From Phycisphaerae bacterium (GTDB lineage Bacteria > Planctomycetota > Phycisphaerae > UBA1845), in contig CAXXGO010000001.1 in the NCBI GenBank assembly GCA_963666835.2, positions 1,792,001 through 1,856,000 of the forward strand: DNA of 64,000 bases, written 5' to 3'. Under the pieces are notes generated by a model. It was not told the origin of the DNA. It searched no databases and saw nothing but the letters and a program-made list of their open reading frames with translations. Position 1 is the stretch's first letter. The number at the start of each line of letters is the position of its first letter. Shown here one piece after another: positions 28,304 through 40,200 of this stretch. The translations under genes were made by a program, and so were the position numbers.

Positions 28304-29149
28304 ATGAAGAGACTATTGATGGTATTGGGGCTCTGTGGCGGGTTGCTCGGCGTATCGTCACTTCTGTACGCCGCCGACGCTGAACCGGGGCGAACACAAG
28401 TACAGGAAGAGAAGCACCTGGTCTTGCTGGGCTGCGATGACCTGAGGCAAACGGAGCCGGGAATCTACTATTACCTGCTTTCGGTGGCCGAGCAAGCCGA
28501 AGCTCGTCGGAAGCAAGGTCAAAGCTCCGTACTTGATGAAGACGGGCCTCTGTCGCTCTCGGTTGACCTGACCGGCGATTGCCTGGTTTGCGTGTTGACC
28601 GACCGCAGCGCGGGCAGCACGGATGACGAATCGCAGGCCGTTACCGTGGCGCTTGCCGAGCGGAATGAGAGTGGCCAATACATAACCGGTCCGACGCTTA
28701 CGTTCACTCCTCTGACCGAGGCGCAGGTCGCAGAAGAACAGAAGGAAGCTGCTTGGGATGCCTGGCAAACGGACTTCAAAGCCCGGTTGGCTGCGGACGA
28801 GAAGTACCTCGCGGCCGAGAAGGCGTTGTCGGGCTGGGCCGGTGACGACGACGAGGAGTACGCGATTTTCGAGGACGCACGTGCCCGGCGATATCGAGAA
28901 GTAGCCCTGATGGTATACCAAGAGCATTTCGGCGAATGGACCGGCACCGTGGACGAGTTCGATAAACTCATGGCGGACATCTCGATCATAGCCAACATCG
29001 AAAGTTGCGGCGCCGCGGCCGTTCTCGGTTGCGGCAAGGGCAAGGTGTGCTGGGTGAGATCGTCCGGAGAAGGGTGTTGCACCTTCGCCTGCTACGATGG
29101 AAAGGGCGAGTGCCCGGACTATCCGGCCCCTAGCGTGTCGACTGAATAG
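28304..29149 (+). CDS. Secreted protein B: paralog of A with a ~105-aa insert after the signal peptide
   Basis: Shares SSLLYAAD, AAW.AW..D, EEYAI..DAR, EHFGEWTGT, NIESC.AAAVLGCGKGKVC with A. Confidence 0.85.
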   Translation: MKRLLMVLGLCGGLLGVSSLLYAADAEPGRTQVQEEKHLVLLGCDDLRQTEPGIYYYLLSVAEQAEARRKQGQSSVLDEDGPLSLSVDLTGDCLVCVLTDRSAGSTDDESQAVTVALAERNESGQYITGPTLTFTPLTEAQVAEEQKEAAWDAWQTDFKARLAADEKYLAAEKALSGWAGDDDEEYAIFEDARARRYREVALMVYQEHFGEWTGTVDEFDKLMADISIIANIESCGAAAVLGCGKGKVCWVRSSGEGCCTFACYDGKGECPDYPAPSVSTE

Positions 29150-29192
29150 CTGACGCGGCAATACGGTGCGTTGCCCGGAAGAAGAGAACAGC

Positions 29193-29225
29193 AAGGGGGG
29201 AGCCGAGCTTGACCGCCCTCCCTTT
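29193..29225 (+). terminator. Terminator-like hairpin resembling the one after gene A
   Basis: aagggggg-agccgagcttgaccg-ccctcccttt; imperfect stem. Confidence 0.4.
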
Positions 29226-29295
29226 CGGTTGTCCGCTGTCCGTTTCGCCCGCAGATCCGCTATACCATCGCCCTGCCTGCCGGTACCCTGCCAAG

Positions 29296-29396
29296 GTAAC
29301 GCAGGCTTCCAGCCTGCCTCTTGGATTCTGCGGATACCCTGCGAAGGTCAGGTACGTGCAGGTAACGCAGGCTTCCAGCCTGCCTCTTGGATTCTG
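29296..29396. repeat. Two direct REP copies (66-bp period)
   Basis: gtaacgcaggcttccagcctgcctcttggattctg at 29296 and 29362. Confidence 0.8.
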
Positions 29397-29455
29397 TGCG
29401 GACCCTGCAAAGGTCGGGTATGGGCAGGAGATGTCAGCTAGCGAGAGTGACAGCG

Positions 29456-30385
29456 ATGCAACGAGTACTGTTTCTCCAGAGCTTGGGCGTCGAGCGCGAG
29501 TTCATTCAGGGGTTGGTTTCGCAGGCCGGGCTGCCGGTTTCGATCGAGTGGGGGAAGTGGCAGGATGTTCAATCCCCTGCGGAGGTGGTGGGGATCGTCA
29601 CCGTGCAGGCCCGGGTTGATGAGGAGACTCTCGACCGTTTCCCGAACCTCCGCGTGATTGCGGTGGCTTTTACCGGCTACGACTGTCTTGACTTGGCGGC
29701 CTGTCGGCGGCGTGGGGTGGCGGTATACAACGTGCCGGCCTACTCCACCGACTCTGTTGCCGAGCTTACGCTTGCCCTGACGATTGGCCTGCTCCGTGAG
29801 ATCCCCCGGGCGGATCGGAGTATCCGAACGGGCGGGTGGAAGCTCGATCGCCACGGAACCGAGCTGGCCGGTAAGACGGTGGGGATCGTCGGAACCGGAG
29901 CGATCGGGCTACGCGTCGCAAGCCTGTTCAAGGCGTTTCGATGCGAGCTGATCGGCTGGTCGCGAACCGAGCGGGGGGAGTTCGTCGAACTCGGTGGGGC
30001 GTATCAGCCCTTGGACCGAGTGCTGTCCACGGCGGACGTCGTGTCGCTGCACGTGGCCTTGACCGAAGAGACCGCCGGTCTGGTCGGGGAACGGGAGCTC
30101 GGCTTGATGAAGCCGGGAGCCTGCCTGATTAACAGCTCGCGCGGACGGGTAGTGGATCAGGCGGCGCTGATTCGGGCTTGCGATTCGGGGCGGATCCGGG
30201 CCGCCCTGGATGTGTTCGATCCGGAGCCCGTTTTGCCCGATGACGCCGTCAGAGTTATGGACAATGCGATCCTCACACCGCATCTGGCCTTTCAGACGCA
30301 CGAAGCGCTGGCTCGGCGCGCGCGAGTGACGATTGCGAACATCCAGGCGTGTTTCGACGGGAGCGATCGGAATCGAGTGGCGTAG
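29456..30385 (+). CDS. D-isomer-specific 2-hydroxyacid dehydrogenase
   Basis: ELAGKTVGIVGTGAIG, SLHV, INSSRG, LDVFDPEP, LTPH. Confidence 0.92.
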   Translation: MQRVLFLQSLGVEREFIQGLVSQAGLPVSIEWGKWQDVQSPAEVVGIVTVQARVDEETLDRFPNLRVIAVAFTGYDCLDLAACRRRGVAVYNVPAYSTDSVAELTLALTIGLLREIPRADRSIRTGGWKLDRHGTELAGKTVGIVGTGAIGLRVASLFKAFRCELIGWSRTERGEFVELGGAYQPLDRVLSTADVVSLHVALTEETAGLVGERELGLMKPGACLINSSRGRVVDQAALIRACDSGRIRAALDVFDPEPVLPDDAVRVMDNAILTPHLAFQTHEALARRARVTIANIQACFDGSDRNRVA

Positions 30386-30412
30386 GCGGCGGGGGGATAT
30401 AGCGGATGCGCT

Positions 30413-30781
30413 AGACGTTGTGGCAGGTCTCGTTCCTCGACCGTGCCCTACAAGTCTGGGTGGCCCATCGCTTTGACGGTGGGGGGCGCAAACGGTTGTG
30501 ACGCGCGCAGACGTTGTGGCAGGTCTCGTTCCTCGACCGTGCCCTACAAGTCTGGGTGGCCCATCGCTCTCGCGGTGGGGGACACAAACGGCCGCGACGC
30601 GCGCAGACGTTGCGGCAGGTCTCGTTCCTCGACCGTGCCCTACAAGTCTGGGTGGCCCAGCGCTTTGACGGTGGGGGGCGCAAACGGTTGTGACGCGCGC
30701 AGACGTTGCGGCAGGTCTCGTTCCTCGACCGTGCCCTACAAGTCTGGGTGGCCCATCGCTTTGACGGTGGGGACGCACCCA
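30413..30781. repeat. Tandem 96-bp repeat x~3.8, each unit carrying two REP-type palindromes
   Basis: Units start at 30413, 30509, 30605 and 30701; each has ggcaggtctcgttcctcgaccgtgccctac and gggtggccca(t/g)cgct...cggtggg. Confidence 0.92.
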
Positions 30782-30813
30782 AGGGTATGACATCAAGTTG
30801 GCATTTGAAGGAA

Positions 30814-31305
30814 TCAGCAGGTTTCGTCTTCGAAGCGTACGTTCAGGAAACCGGCCAGGGCGCGGGCGATCTCGGATGTCGGGTGGACTTTGTGCCCGGC
30901 GGCCAGTACCAGGCGACGGCTGGGGCTTGTCAGCGTGATCGGGTAGCAGGTTCGCAGCAGATCGTCCCAAAGGTCGACCTGTTTTCCGACATGCACGGAG
31001 CTGCACGACAGCGGCCGGCTCGTCTGATGAAGCGGAATGCTCAGAATGCCCCACCACAGCGTCACCACGTTATCGCGCCGATTCACCACGGCGCCCTTGC
31101 GGCCCAGGAGGATGCACAATCCTATCAGCACCGCCACCATGGCGCCGAACCCGGTGAGAGACTCCGGCATGAGGCTCGCAGCGCTTTCGCAGAACAGTCC
31201 GAACAGGCCTATTGTGGTCAGACCAATGCCGCCGATGGCGGCCGACCCGCGGATAGTCGTTCGCAAGGCGAATTGATCCGGATTGGATGTCGCTCGTCGT
31301 AACAT
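30814..31305 (-). CDS. Hypothetical membrane protein
   Basis: Two hydrophobic helices followed by a soluble domain; start uncertain. Confidence 0.5.
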   Translation of the reverse strand: MLRRATSNPDQFALRTTIRGSAAIGGIGLTTIGLFGLFCESAASLMPESLTGFGAMVAVLIGLCILLGRKGAVVNRRDNVVTLWWGILSIPLHQTSRPLSCSSVHVGKQVDLWDDLLRTCYPITLTSPSRRLVLAAGHKVHPTSEIARALAGFLNVRFEDETC

Positions 31306-31697
31306 CAGCCTAGTTCGTGATTCACCTGAGCCCGGTACGAACACAAACAGTATACCAGCGGGATTACACCCGGTTAAGTATAAGATACGCCGCGGGCCGA
31401 TAACGCGGGGCAAGTGCATGGCAACTTCATTCGTTGTTTCGGGTGTGGTTTCTCCAGCCGAACAGCAGGTTGGATGCCTGTGCTACAGGTGCTTTCGCTA
31501 CGATGATAGCGGCTTCGTTTGGCCACTTCACTAATTCGAGCCGCGGCGCGGCTACGCGCTAGTCCGGCGCGAATGTGCCACCGATAATGTTGCCTACCTT
31601 CAAGCGGGGTTGCATTCTTGTGTGGTCCGTGGAGAATCAGATCGGACGTGGCGAAGTCAAACTCCACTGGCACCCGAGCAGGGCGAGGTTGCAGAAG

Positions 31698-32195
31698 TTG
31701 ACTGCATTTCAATTGAGACCGTTGGACGGAAACGACCGACCCTGGGTGGTCGATCTGTTGACCGAGCGCTGGGGGACTCCGGAGATAGTCACGCGGGGGC
31801 GTGTGCATTGTGCCGATCGACTGCCGGGATTCGTTGCCGAGCAGGACGGGCAGCGTTGGGGGCTGGTGACGTTTCGGATAGACGGCGCCGATTGCGAAGT
31901 TGTCTCGTTGGACAGCCTTCGGGAACGCACCGGTGTTGGCACGGCGTTGCTTAACGCCGTACGCGACGCGGCTTTGGAGGCGGGATGCACGCGAATCTGG
32001 TTGATTACCACAAATGACAACATTGCGGCACTGGGGTTCTACCAGAGGCGCGGCTGGCGGCTGGCCGCGTTGCACCGGAACGCCCTGGCGGAGTCGCGGC
32101 GACTGAAACCCGAGATCCCGCTTCTCGGGTTGGACGGTATCCCGCTTCGTGACGAGATAGAACTCGAGCTGCCGTGCGACTCGCAGAGTGCTTAA
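31698..32195 (+). CDS. GNAT-family N-acetyltransferase (start uncertain)
   Basis: EVVSLDSLRERTGVGTALL, LITTNDNIAALGFYQRRG, KPEIPLLG. Confidence 0.88.
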   Translation: MTAFQLRPLDGNDRPWVVDLLTERWGTPEIVTRGRVHCADRLPGFVAEQDGQRWGLVTFRIDGADCEVVSLDSLRERTGVGTALLNAVRDAALEAGCTRIWLITTNDNIAALGFYQRRGWRLAALHRNALAESRRLKPEIPLLGLDGIPLRDEIELELPCDSQSA

Positions 32196-32807
32196 CTTCC
32201 CGTTACCTCGCCTGTGCGATAGCGCCGTACGGCGTCGTTTCACCCTAGTTATATTCAGAGGCGTCTGAGCTTCGACCTTTGAAAGGGCGAGCGGGTTGTA
32301 GGCTAGCCAGGTGACAGTGCCTTTGCGCCGGTGCTGTTTGACTCCGCATTTGTTAAGAACCTGGCCGGATTGGCCCGCACCAAAAAAGGCAGTGACGGAT
32401 GGCCTAAAGTGCCTGCGGAGCTTTTTCGGGCGACGAGGTTTGCAGCGATTATTATGGTAACTGCGGCCAGTATTCGCTAGGATGGCCGGTGTAGAGGTTC
32501 GTGAGGTTGGAAGAGTTGCGCGGCTTGTGTTTTGGTGGCGGGAGGCTGGAGCGTCGCGGAGGAACGTCCCCGAGTCGGTTGTCTTGCGGTCGGCATTGTA
32601 CACGGGCACTTCCCTGGTTGATATACGGACGTTGCCGAGGTAGTTGGGCCTGCTGCCGGTTTGGGTGCGGGCAGCGCCTGAGCCCCGGCTGGCGTGCGGA
32701 GAACTTCGGCGATCCTCTTTTTGGGTTGGGTCAGACGGACAGGGATTCCATTGGTCAGTTTGAAGAGTGTTATGGTGATGGCGATACGAAACAGAGGCGG
32801 GATCGAG

Positions 32808-35800
32808 ATGCGCGTGATCACGAGGGTTTTGCTGCTTGTGCTGCCGGTGCTTTTGGGTGTCGAGCGCGCGGCGGGGGCGGAGCCGGTTGTCTGGCGTTCG
32901 GGAGCTGCGGAGATTGCCGATCGGATCGAGCGGACGTTACGGCGCAGGTATTAGCGCTGGCGGCGCGGTCCGATGAGCGACACGTGGTTGTGCAGTTCGA
33001 TGAGCCGGTAAGCGAGATCGATCGCGATCGAATGAGCCGGTCGGGTCTGACCCTTTTGCGTCCCTTGGGTAGCAATGCGTACTTCGCAGCAGTATCCGGA
33101 GAGACCGGCGTGTTGATGCCGGCGGATCTGGGGCTGGTGCGGGGGGTTCGGGCGGTTCAGCGCTCCTGGAAGTTGGCCCCTGCGATTCTGGCGGACCGGG
33201 TTCCCGATTGGGCGGTGGTTGCCGAAGACGCACGCGGCGATCGGATGGTGGGTGTATATGTTCTGTTTCACGCCGACGTTCCTTTGCGGTCTGAGGCGGC
33301 GGAGGCAGTTAAGCGACATGGCGGAGTCATCAGGGATACGCTGAACGTTGTGAACGGGTTGGTGGTGGAACTGCCGCTTTCCGAGGTTCGGTTGTTGGCG
33401 GATGAAGATGCGGTTCAGTGGATCGAATGGCCGTTACCGCCGATGAGCGTCGTCAACAACAGCAACCGCGCGCTGACCGGGGCTGATATCGTCAATGCAG
33501 CGCCCTACAACTTGGACGGCGACGGTATCACGGTAATGGTCTACGACGGCGGGACCGTTCGGGATACGCACGTGGATTTCGAAGGACGCGTGACGGTTCT
33601 GGACGGATCGGGCGAGCACGACCACCCCACGCATGTCGCCGGTACGGTCGGCGGGGCGGGGATCGCTAATTCGGCCCGCCGCGGGATGGCTCCGGAAGTT
33701 ACGATTCTGTCTTACGGCCTGGAGACCGATGGGACGGATATCTTCCTGTACAGCAATCCGGGTGACATTGAGGACGACTACACGGAAGCGATCTACACCT
33801 ACGGGGCGGACGTTTCGAACAACTCGATCGGTACCAACACGGAGCCGAACGGCTTCGATTGCGACATCCAGGGAGATTACGGGGTTACCGCCAATCTGAT
33901 CGACTCGATCGTTCGCGGAAGCCTCGGGGATCCTTTTCGAGTCATCTGGGCCAACGGTAACGAGCGGCAGGGGGACCGTTGCGACGTCGAGGGGTACGGC
34001 GACTACTACAGTACGGCTCCGCCCGCCGGGGCTAAGAATCACATTACGGTCGGTGCTATAAACTCCGATGACGAGAGCATGACCGATTTCAGTAGTTGGG
34101 GGCCGGTGGACGACGGGCGGCTTAAGCCCGACATCTCCGCCCCCGGCTGCGAGGTTGGTGATGATGGCGGCGTGACTTCCTGTTCCGCCTCCAGCGACAC
34201 CTCGTATACGACCATGTGCGGGACATCGATGGCCGCGCCGACCGTAACCGGTCTTACTGCTCTATTCCTGCAGGACTTCCGGGCCCAGTTCCCCGGTGTA
34301 CCTGATCCGCGGAACTCTACTCTCAAGGCGGTGTATGCTCAGACGGCGGTAGACCTGGGGGCCAACGGGCCGGACTACAAGTTCGGTTATGGATCGGTCC
34401 GCATTCAGGACGCCATTGATCTGATGCGTGACTCGGCGTTCATCGAACGGGACGTAAGCGACCATGAGATCTACACCTTCGAGATGGATGTAGAGGCCGG
34501 AACGCCGGAGCTGAAGATCACCTTGGCGTGGGATGACTACCCGGCGACACCGAATGTTGCCACGGCCTTGGTGAATGACCTTGATCTCCAGGTGTACAGT
34601 CCCTCGTCGACTCAATACTATCCGTGGACGTTGAATCCGTCATCGCCTTCCGTGCAAGCCTCGCGGACCCAGGCGGACCACGTCAACAACATCGAGCAGG
34701 TGTTGGTAGACAACCCCGAGGCGGGCCGCTGGACGGTCGAAGTATTCGGTTACTCGGTGCCGGAAGGGCCGCAACCGTTCTCGCTCGCCGGGGATGGCGT
34801 GGTCAACTCGGGGATGTGGATAACCGTGTCGGATGACCTGCCCGAAGTTGTCGCTCCGGGGGTCATCGAGAGTTTCGAAGTCCAGATTGCCACTTTGGGC
34901 GAAAGCTATGTGGCGGACAGCGGGACGTTGCACTATCGGTACGACGGCGGGACTTGGCAGACTTTGCCTCTGGTCTCGCTCGGATCAGGGCTCTTTCGGG
35001 CCGATCTTCCCGCACCGCAGTGCGGGGACACGCCTGAGTACTACGTCAGTGCGGAAGGAACCGTTAGCGGAGTCTCGACCAAACCCTCCAATGCGCCGGC
35101 CGCCACGTATTCGTTCCAAGTGGGCGAGTATGTCACGGTGCTGGAAGATGATTTCGAGACCGATATGGGCTGGACGGTCGATGCCGGGGCGAGCACCGGA
35201 AACTGGGAACGGGCCGATCCCGAGGAAGTGACTTCCGGCTGGCTCAATCCGGTGATCACTCAACCGGAGGACGATCATACGTCGACGGGAACGCTCTGCT
35301 ACGTTACGCAAGCCGCGGCCGGGTCGGGGGCTGGGAGCTACGATGTGGACGGCGGTCCGTCGCATCTTACTTCGCCGATGCTGGATCTGACCGCCGGAGA
35401 CCCATACGTCAGCTACTGGCGTTGGTACCACATAAGTACGGAGATTGATGACTCGTTGGTGGTAGCCATCTCCAACAACGACGGAGCCGATTGGGTTACG
35501 GTCGAGACCATCTCCGCCCGGCAAACCTGGACGTACGCCGAGTGGCGGGCGGCCGACTATGTAACGCCGACGACGGAAGGCCGAGTGCGATTCACGGTGA
35601 ACGACACCGATCCCGGCTCGCTTATCGAGTCGTTAATCGACGACTTCACGGTAAGGAGTTTCCAGTGCATCTCATCGGAGAGTTGCACGGACGGGATCCA
35701 GAATCAGGGTGAGGATCGCATCGACTGCGGCGGACCGTGCCCGGCGTGCGAGTGTACATCGGATGCGGCTTGCAGCGACGGGGCGTTCTGCACAGGGGTC

Positions 35801-37186
35801 GAGACCTGCGATTCCTACGGGAACTGCCTGGCCGGTAGCGATCCGTGTCCGGGGCAGTCCTGTGACGAAGTGAGTGACACCTGTGTGGCATGCGAGAACG
35901 ACGGCGATTGCGACAACGGCCTATTCTGCGACGGCGTGGAGACTTGCGATGGCTCCGGGGTTTGCCAGCCCGGCGCAACGGTTGATTGCGACGATGCCGT
36001 GGATTGCACGGACGATTCGTGCAACGAGACGACCGATACTTGCGACAACATTCCGAATGACAGCCTCTGCAATAACGGGTCATATTGCGATGGGGTCGAG
36101 ACCTGTCACGTCACTCTGGGATGTCAAGCCGGTACCGAGGTAGATTGCGACGACCTGGTTGATTGTACGGACGACTCCTGCAGTGACGCTCTTGCTTCGT
36201 GCCAGAACATCCCGAATGACGGGCTCTGTGACAACGGGGAGTTCTGCGACGGAACGGAGACGTGCGATCCGGTAGTCGGTTGTGAAGACGGAGCTATGCC
36301 GTGCGTGCCGGAACAGATGTGCCGTGAGTCGGACGACCAGTGCGTTGACTGCCTGGACAATTCGGATTGTGAGGACGGAGATCCCTGCACCGGTGAGGAA
36401 GTATGTGACCCCGACGGGACGTGCGGGCACGTCCTGGCGGCGGACTGTAACGCCAACGGCGTTGAGGATTCGTGCGATATTGACGCCGGCACCAGTGAAG
36501 ATTGTAACGTGAACGGTGTGCCGGATGAATGTGATGTGAGTGGGGGAGGTTCTTCTGATACGAACGGCAACGGCGTTCCCGACGAGTGTGAGGTCAACCC
36601 CCCGGTTGGTGCTCCGTCGCCGTATGACACGACTACGAATCGCTATATCTCCTTCGCTCCGAATAACACCACGATAAACGCGGCGCTGCGCGTTGTGATG
36701 ACCGCCAGCGATTTCTTCCCGGAATCAATCGGTACGGTTGGATGGGTGGGCGAGCCCGATGCAGAGGGGATTGCCCGGATTATCGACGAAGCCCATTACA
36801 GCAACTCTTGGCCCGCGGTGGTGCATGTAGGGGATTGCCAGATAGTCCCGGCGGCGGCGTACGAGGTGGCGGCTACTTCTGATGGAGGGTCGTTCAGCAG
36901 CGCGCTGGCGGTGAGTACCACCCCCCAGCCTGCGGCCAAGTATTGGACCGACTGCGTTGGAGAATTCACCGGGGTCTGGGGGCCGCCCAACGGGTTGGTG
37001 AACTTGAATGACATGATGGCCGCAATTCAGAAGTTCCAGCACTCTTCGACTGCGCCGCCGCTTACGTGGGTCGACGTGGACGGGGTAGTGCCGAACACCA
37101 TTTTGAATATGACCGATGTCCAGGTGATTGTGAACGGCTTCAAGGGCGAGCCTTACCCGTTCGATGACCCGGCGGATTGCCCCTAG
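32808..37186 (+). CDS. Secreted S8 (subtilisin-like) protease with Cys-rich repeats; single-base frameshift near 32917 separates the signal peptide from the body
   Basis: Catalytic D (VMVYDGG), H (HPTHVAGT), S (GTSMAAP); CTDDSC repeats. Signal MRVITRVLLLVLPVLLG...WRSG lies in another frame, and adding one C makes it colinear with the downstream paralog. Confidence 0.88.
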
Positions 37187-37262
37187 AGGGATTGCGCCAG
37201 GCGCGCCGGCGCGAGGTTGCCGGGCTTAGGCCGGTTGCCCGCTAACAAGGATGGGTTGCAAG

Positions 37263-40200
37263 ATGATCAGAACGACAAACGGAGGCCTGCTTCTGCCGGC
37301 CAATGCGATAATGTTCGTTGTGCTTGTTCTCGCGGCTCCCGTCCTGGGCAGCGGAAGGGTGATAGAGTGGCGCTCGGGCGCCGTGCAGATGGGCGAGCCG
37401 AGTACGGCCGACCTGGCGACCGCGATATCCGGCTTAGCCGCGCGCCCCGATGCCAGCCATGTTGTCGTGCAGTTTCGGCAGCCCGTCGGATCAACCGTCC
37501 GCCGGCTTTCTTCCGAAGCGGGTATGACGCTCTTAAGTTACCTGGGCAACCACGCGTTCTTCGCGTCGTTCGCCGCCGATGTTGATGAACAAGCCGTCAG
37601 CATGCTTCCGTGTCTGAAAGATGTGCGGAGCATTGACCGGTCATGGAAACTCGATAGCAGGATCGTCTCCGGCAGCATACCGGAGTGGGCCGTAGTATCC
37701 GATACGGCCGCAGGCAAGCTGGTAGCGGTATACGTGTTGTTTCATCCGGATGTGAATCTGGCTACCGATGCCGTGGCGGTTGCGCAGGAGCACGGCGGGA
37801 CTGTTCGCGACGAACTTCGGTCGATAAACGTGCTGGTGGTGGAGCTGCCGGAGTCCGAAATCGAGGCTCTGGCGGATGAGGATGCCGTCCAGTGGATTGA
37901 ATGGCCGTTGCCGCTGATGGGCGACCTCAACGACGGTAGCCGCGCGAGTACGCAGGCCGATGTCGTGCAAGCCCCGCCGTATGACCTTGACGGGACGGGG
38001 GTGACCGTGCTGGTATACGACAGCAGGTCCGCCCGAGCCACGCACGTGGATTTCGAGGGGCGGCTGACGGTCGGAGACAGCACGACCACTTCCGACCACG
38101 CCACTCATGTTGCCGGTACGATCGGGGGCGCGGGCATAGCCGATTCGACATATCGGGGAATGGCGCCGGGGGTCGACATGTTGTCTTACGGCAATGAACG
38201 CGACTTCTTCACGGGTATACTCCTTTACAGCAATCCCGGCGATCTCGAAGACGACTACGATGAGGCAATCAACACCTATGGAGCCGACATCTCCAATAAC
38301 TCAATCGGCACCAATGTTGAGAACAACGGGTTTGACTGCGCTATTCAAGGGGATTACGGCATCACGGCCGCGTTGCTCGACTCGATCGTTGCCGGGAGTC
38401 TGGGCGATCCGTTTCGGATAGTCTGGTCCGCGGGCAACGAAAGGAGCGGAGATCGTTGTGATGTTGAAGGATACGGCGACTACTACAGCACCGCTCCTCC
38501 GGCCGGGGCCAAGAACCCCATTAGTGTCGGTGCGATTAACTCCAACGATGAGTCCATGACGGATTTCAGTAGTTGGGGACCGCTGGATGACGGGCGAACC
38601 AAGCCGGACGTTTGCGCGCCAGGTTGCCAAACCGACGGGGATCTCGGAGTTACTTCGTGTTCGTCGAGCAGTGACACGGCTTATCGATCCGCGTGCGGGA
38701 CCTCGATGGCCGCCCCCGCCACGTGCGGCCTGTGTGCGTTGCTGATGCAGGACTTCAGGAGTTTCTTTCCGACCCAGCCGGACCCGCGCAATTCCACCTT
38801 GAAGGCCCTGCTGGTTCATAATGCCGACGACTTCGGCGCCGTCGGACCCGACTACCAGTATGGGTATGGGGTCGTCCGCATTCAAGAGACTATCGACTAT
38901 ATGCGGATAGGCAACTTCCTGGAGGATGAGTTGGTCCAGGGAGAGACATTCATCACCTGGGTATCCGTCGAGGCCGGAGATGAACTGAAGGTAACCGTGG
39001 CGTGGGATGATGCTGCCGGGGCGCCCAATGTGGTGCCGGCGTTGGTGAACGACCTTGACCTTCGGGTGTACGATTCCTCGGGCGTGCAATATTACCCGTG
39101 GACTCTGGATCCGACCGTGCCTGCTGATCCGGCCGTTCGAATCCAAGCCGACCGGGTCAACAATATCGAGCAGGTTGTCGTTGATGCCCCGGCGGCGGGT
39201 CTTTGGCGGGTTGAGGTAGTCGGTTTTGATGTTCCTCAGGGCCCGCAGTCGTTTACGTTGGCGGCGTCCCCGCAGTTGGTCTCCTGTTCATCCCAGGGGG
39301 CGGTGCTCTTCGGAGCCCAGCGGTACGGCTGCACGGCTACGGCGCACGTTCGGGTGGTCGATTGTGACCTGAATGCTAATCCGAGCGTTGCCGAGACGGT
39401 TACCGTATCGGTGGCGTCGCCGACGGAGCCGGGTGGGGAGACTGTTCTTCTGACCGAGACCGGATCGGATACGTCGGATTTCCGTGGAACAGTGCAGCTC
39501 GACGTGGTCGATGCCTCCGGGGTGCTTCAGGTTGCAGAAGGAGACACTGTAAACGCAGTGTACATTGACGCCGACGATGGACTGGGTGGGGTGGGCGTTC
39601 CCGTGGAGGCCACTATGACCGTGGATTGCCTGGGTCCGCAGATCTCCAATGTTCACGTGCCTGAAATCGATACTTTCACGGCCACGGTGAGTTTCGAGAC
39701 CGACGAGCGCGCCGTGGGTACCGTATGGTACGGCTCCACATGCGAGACCCTGAACAAGTCGGTCGTCGAGCCCTACCCGCGGACGTCTCACGATGTCGTC
39801 TTGACCGGGCTAAGCCACGGGACTCCCTATTACTACGCAATTGAGGCCGAGGATGAGCAGGGCAACGAATCGGGCGACGATAACTCGGGCAGTTGTTACA
39901 GCTTCTGTACGCGCGAGATTGTTTATACTTATTCGCTGAATTCGAATCCGGGCTGGACCAGTGAGGGGAACTGGGGCTACGGACAACCGCTTGGGGGCGG
40001 GAGTCACAACGGGGATCCCACTGCAGGTTACACGGGCTGGTTTGTATATGGGTACAACCTGTCGGGCGACTATGAAAATGACCTGCCCGCAACCTATCTC
40101 ACCACGGCGGCCATCGATTGTAGCGGGACAACGAACACGGCGCTGCGGTTCCGGCGGTGGTTGGGAATCGAAAGCGCGGACTACGGGGATGGGGCGACGA

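Noticed and set aside
30413..30781. CRISPR array
   Set aside because: The would-be spacers are near-identical, the repeats match dispersed REP palindromes, and there are no cas genes.
32501..32807. ORF-track start of the first S8 protease
   Set aside because: The translated extension is not protein-like; the real signal peptide starts at 32808 in another frame.
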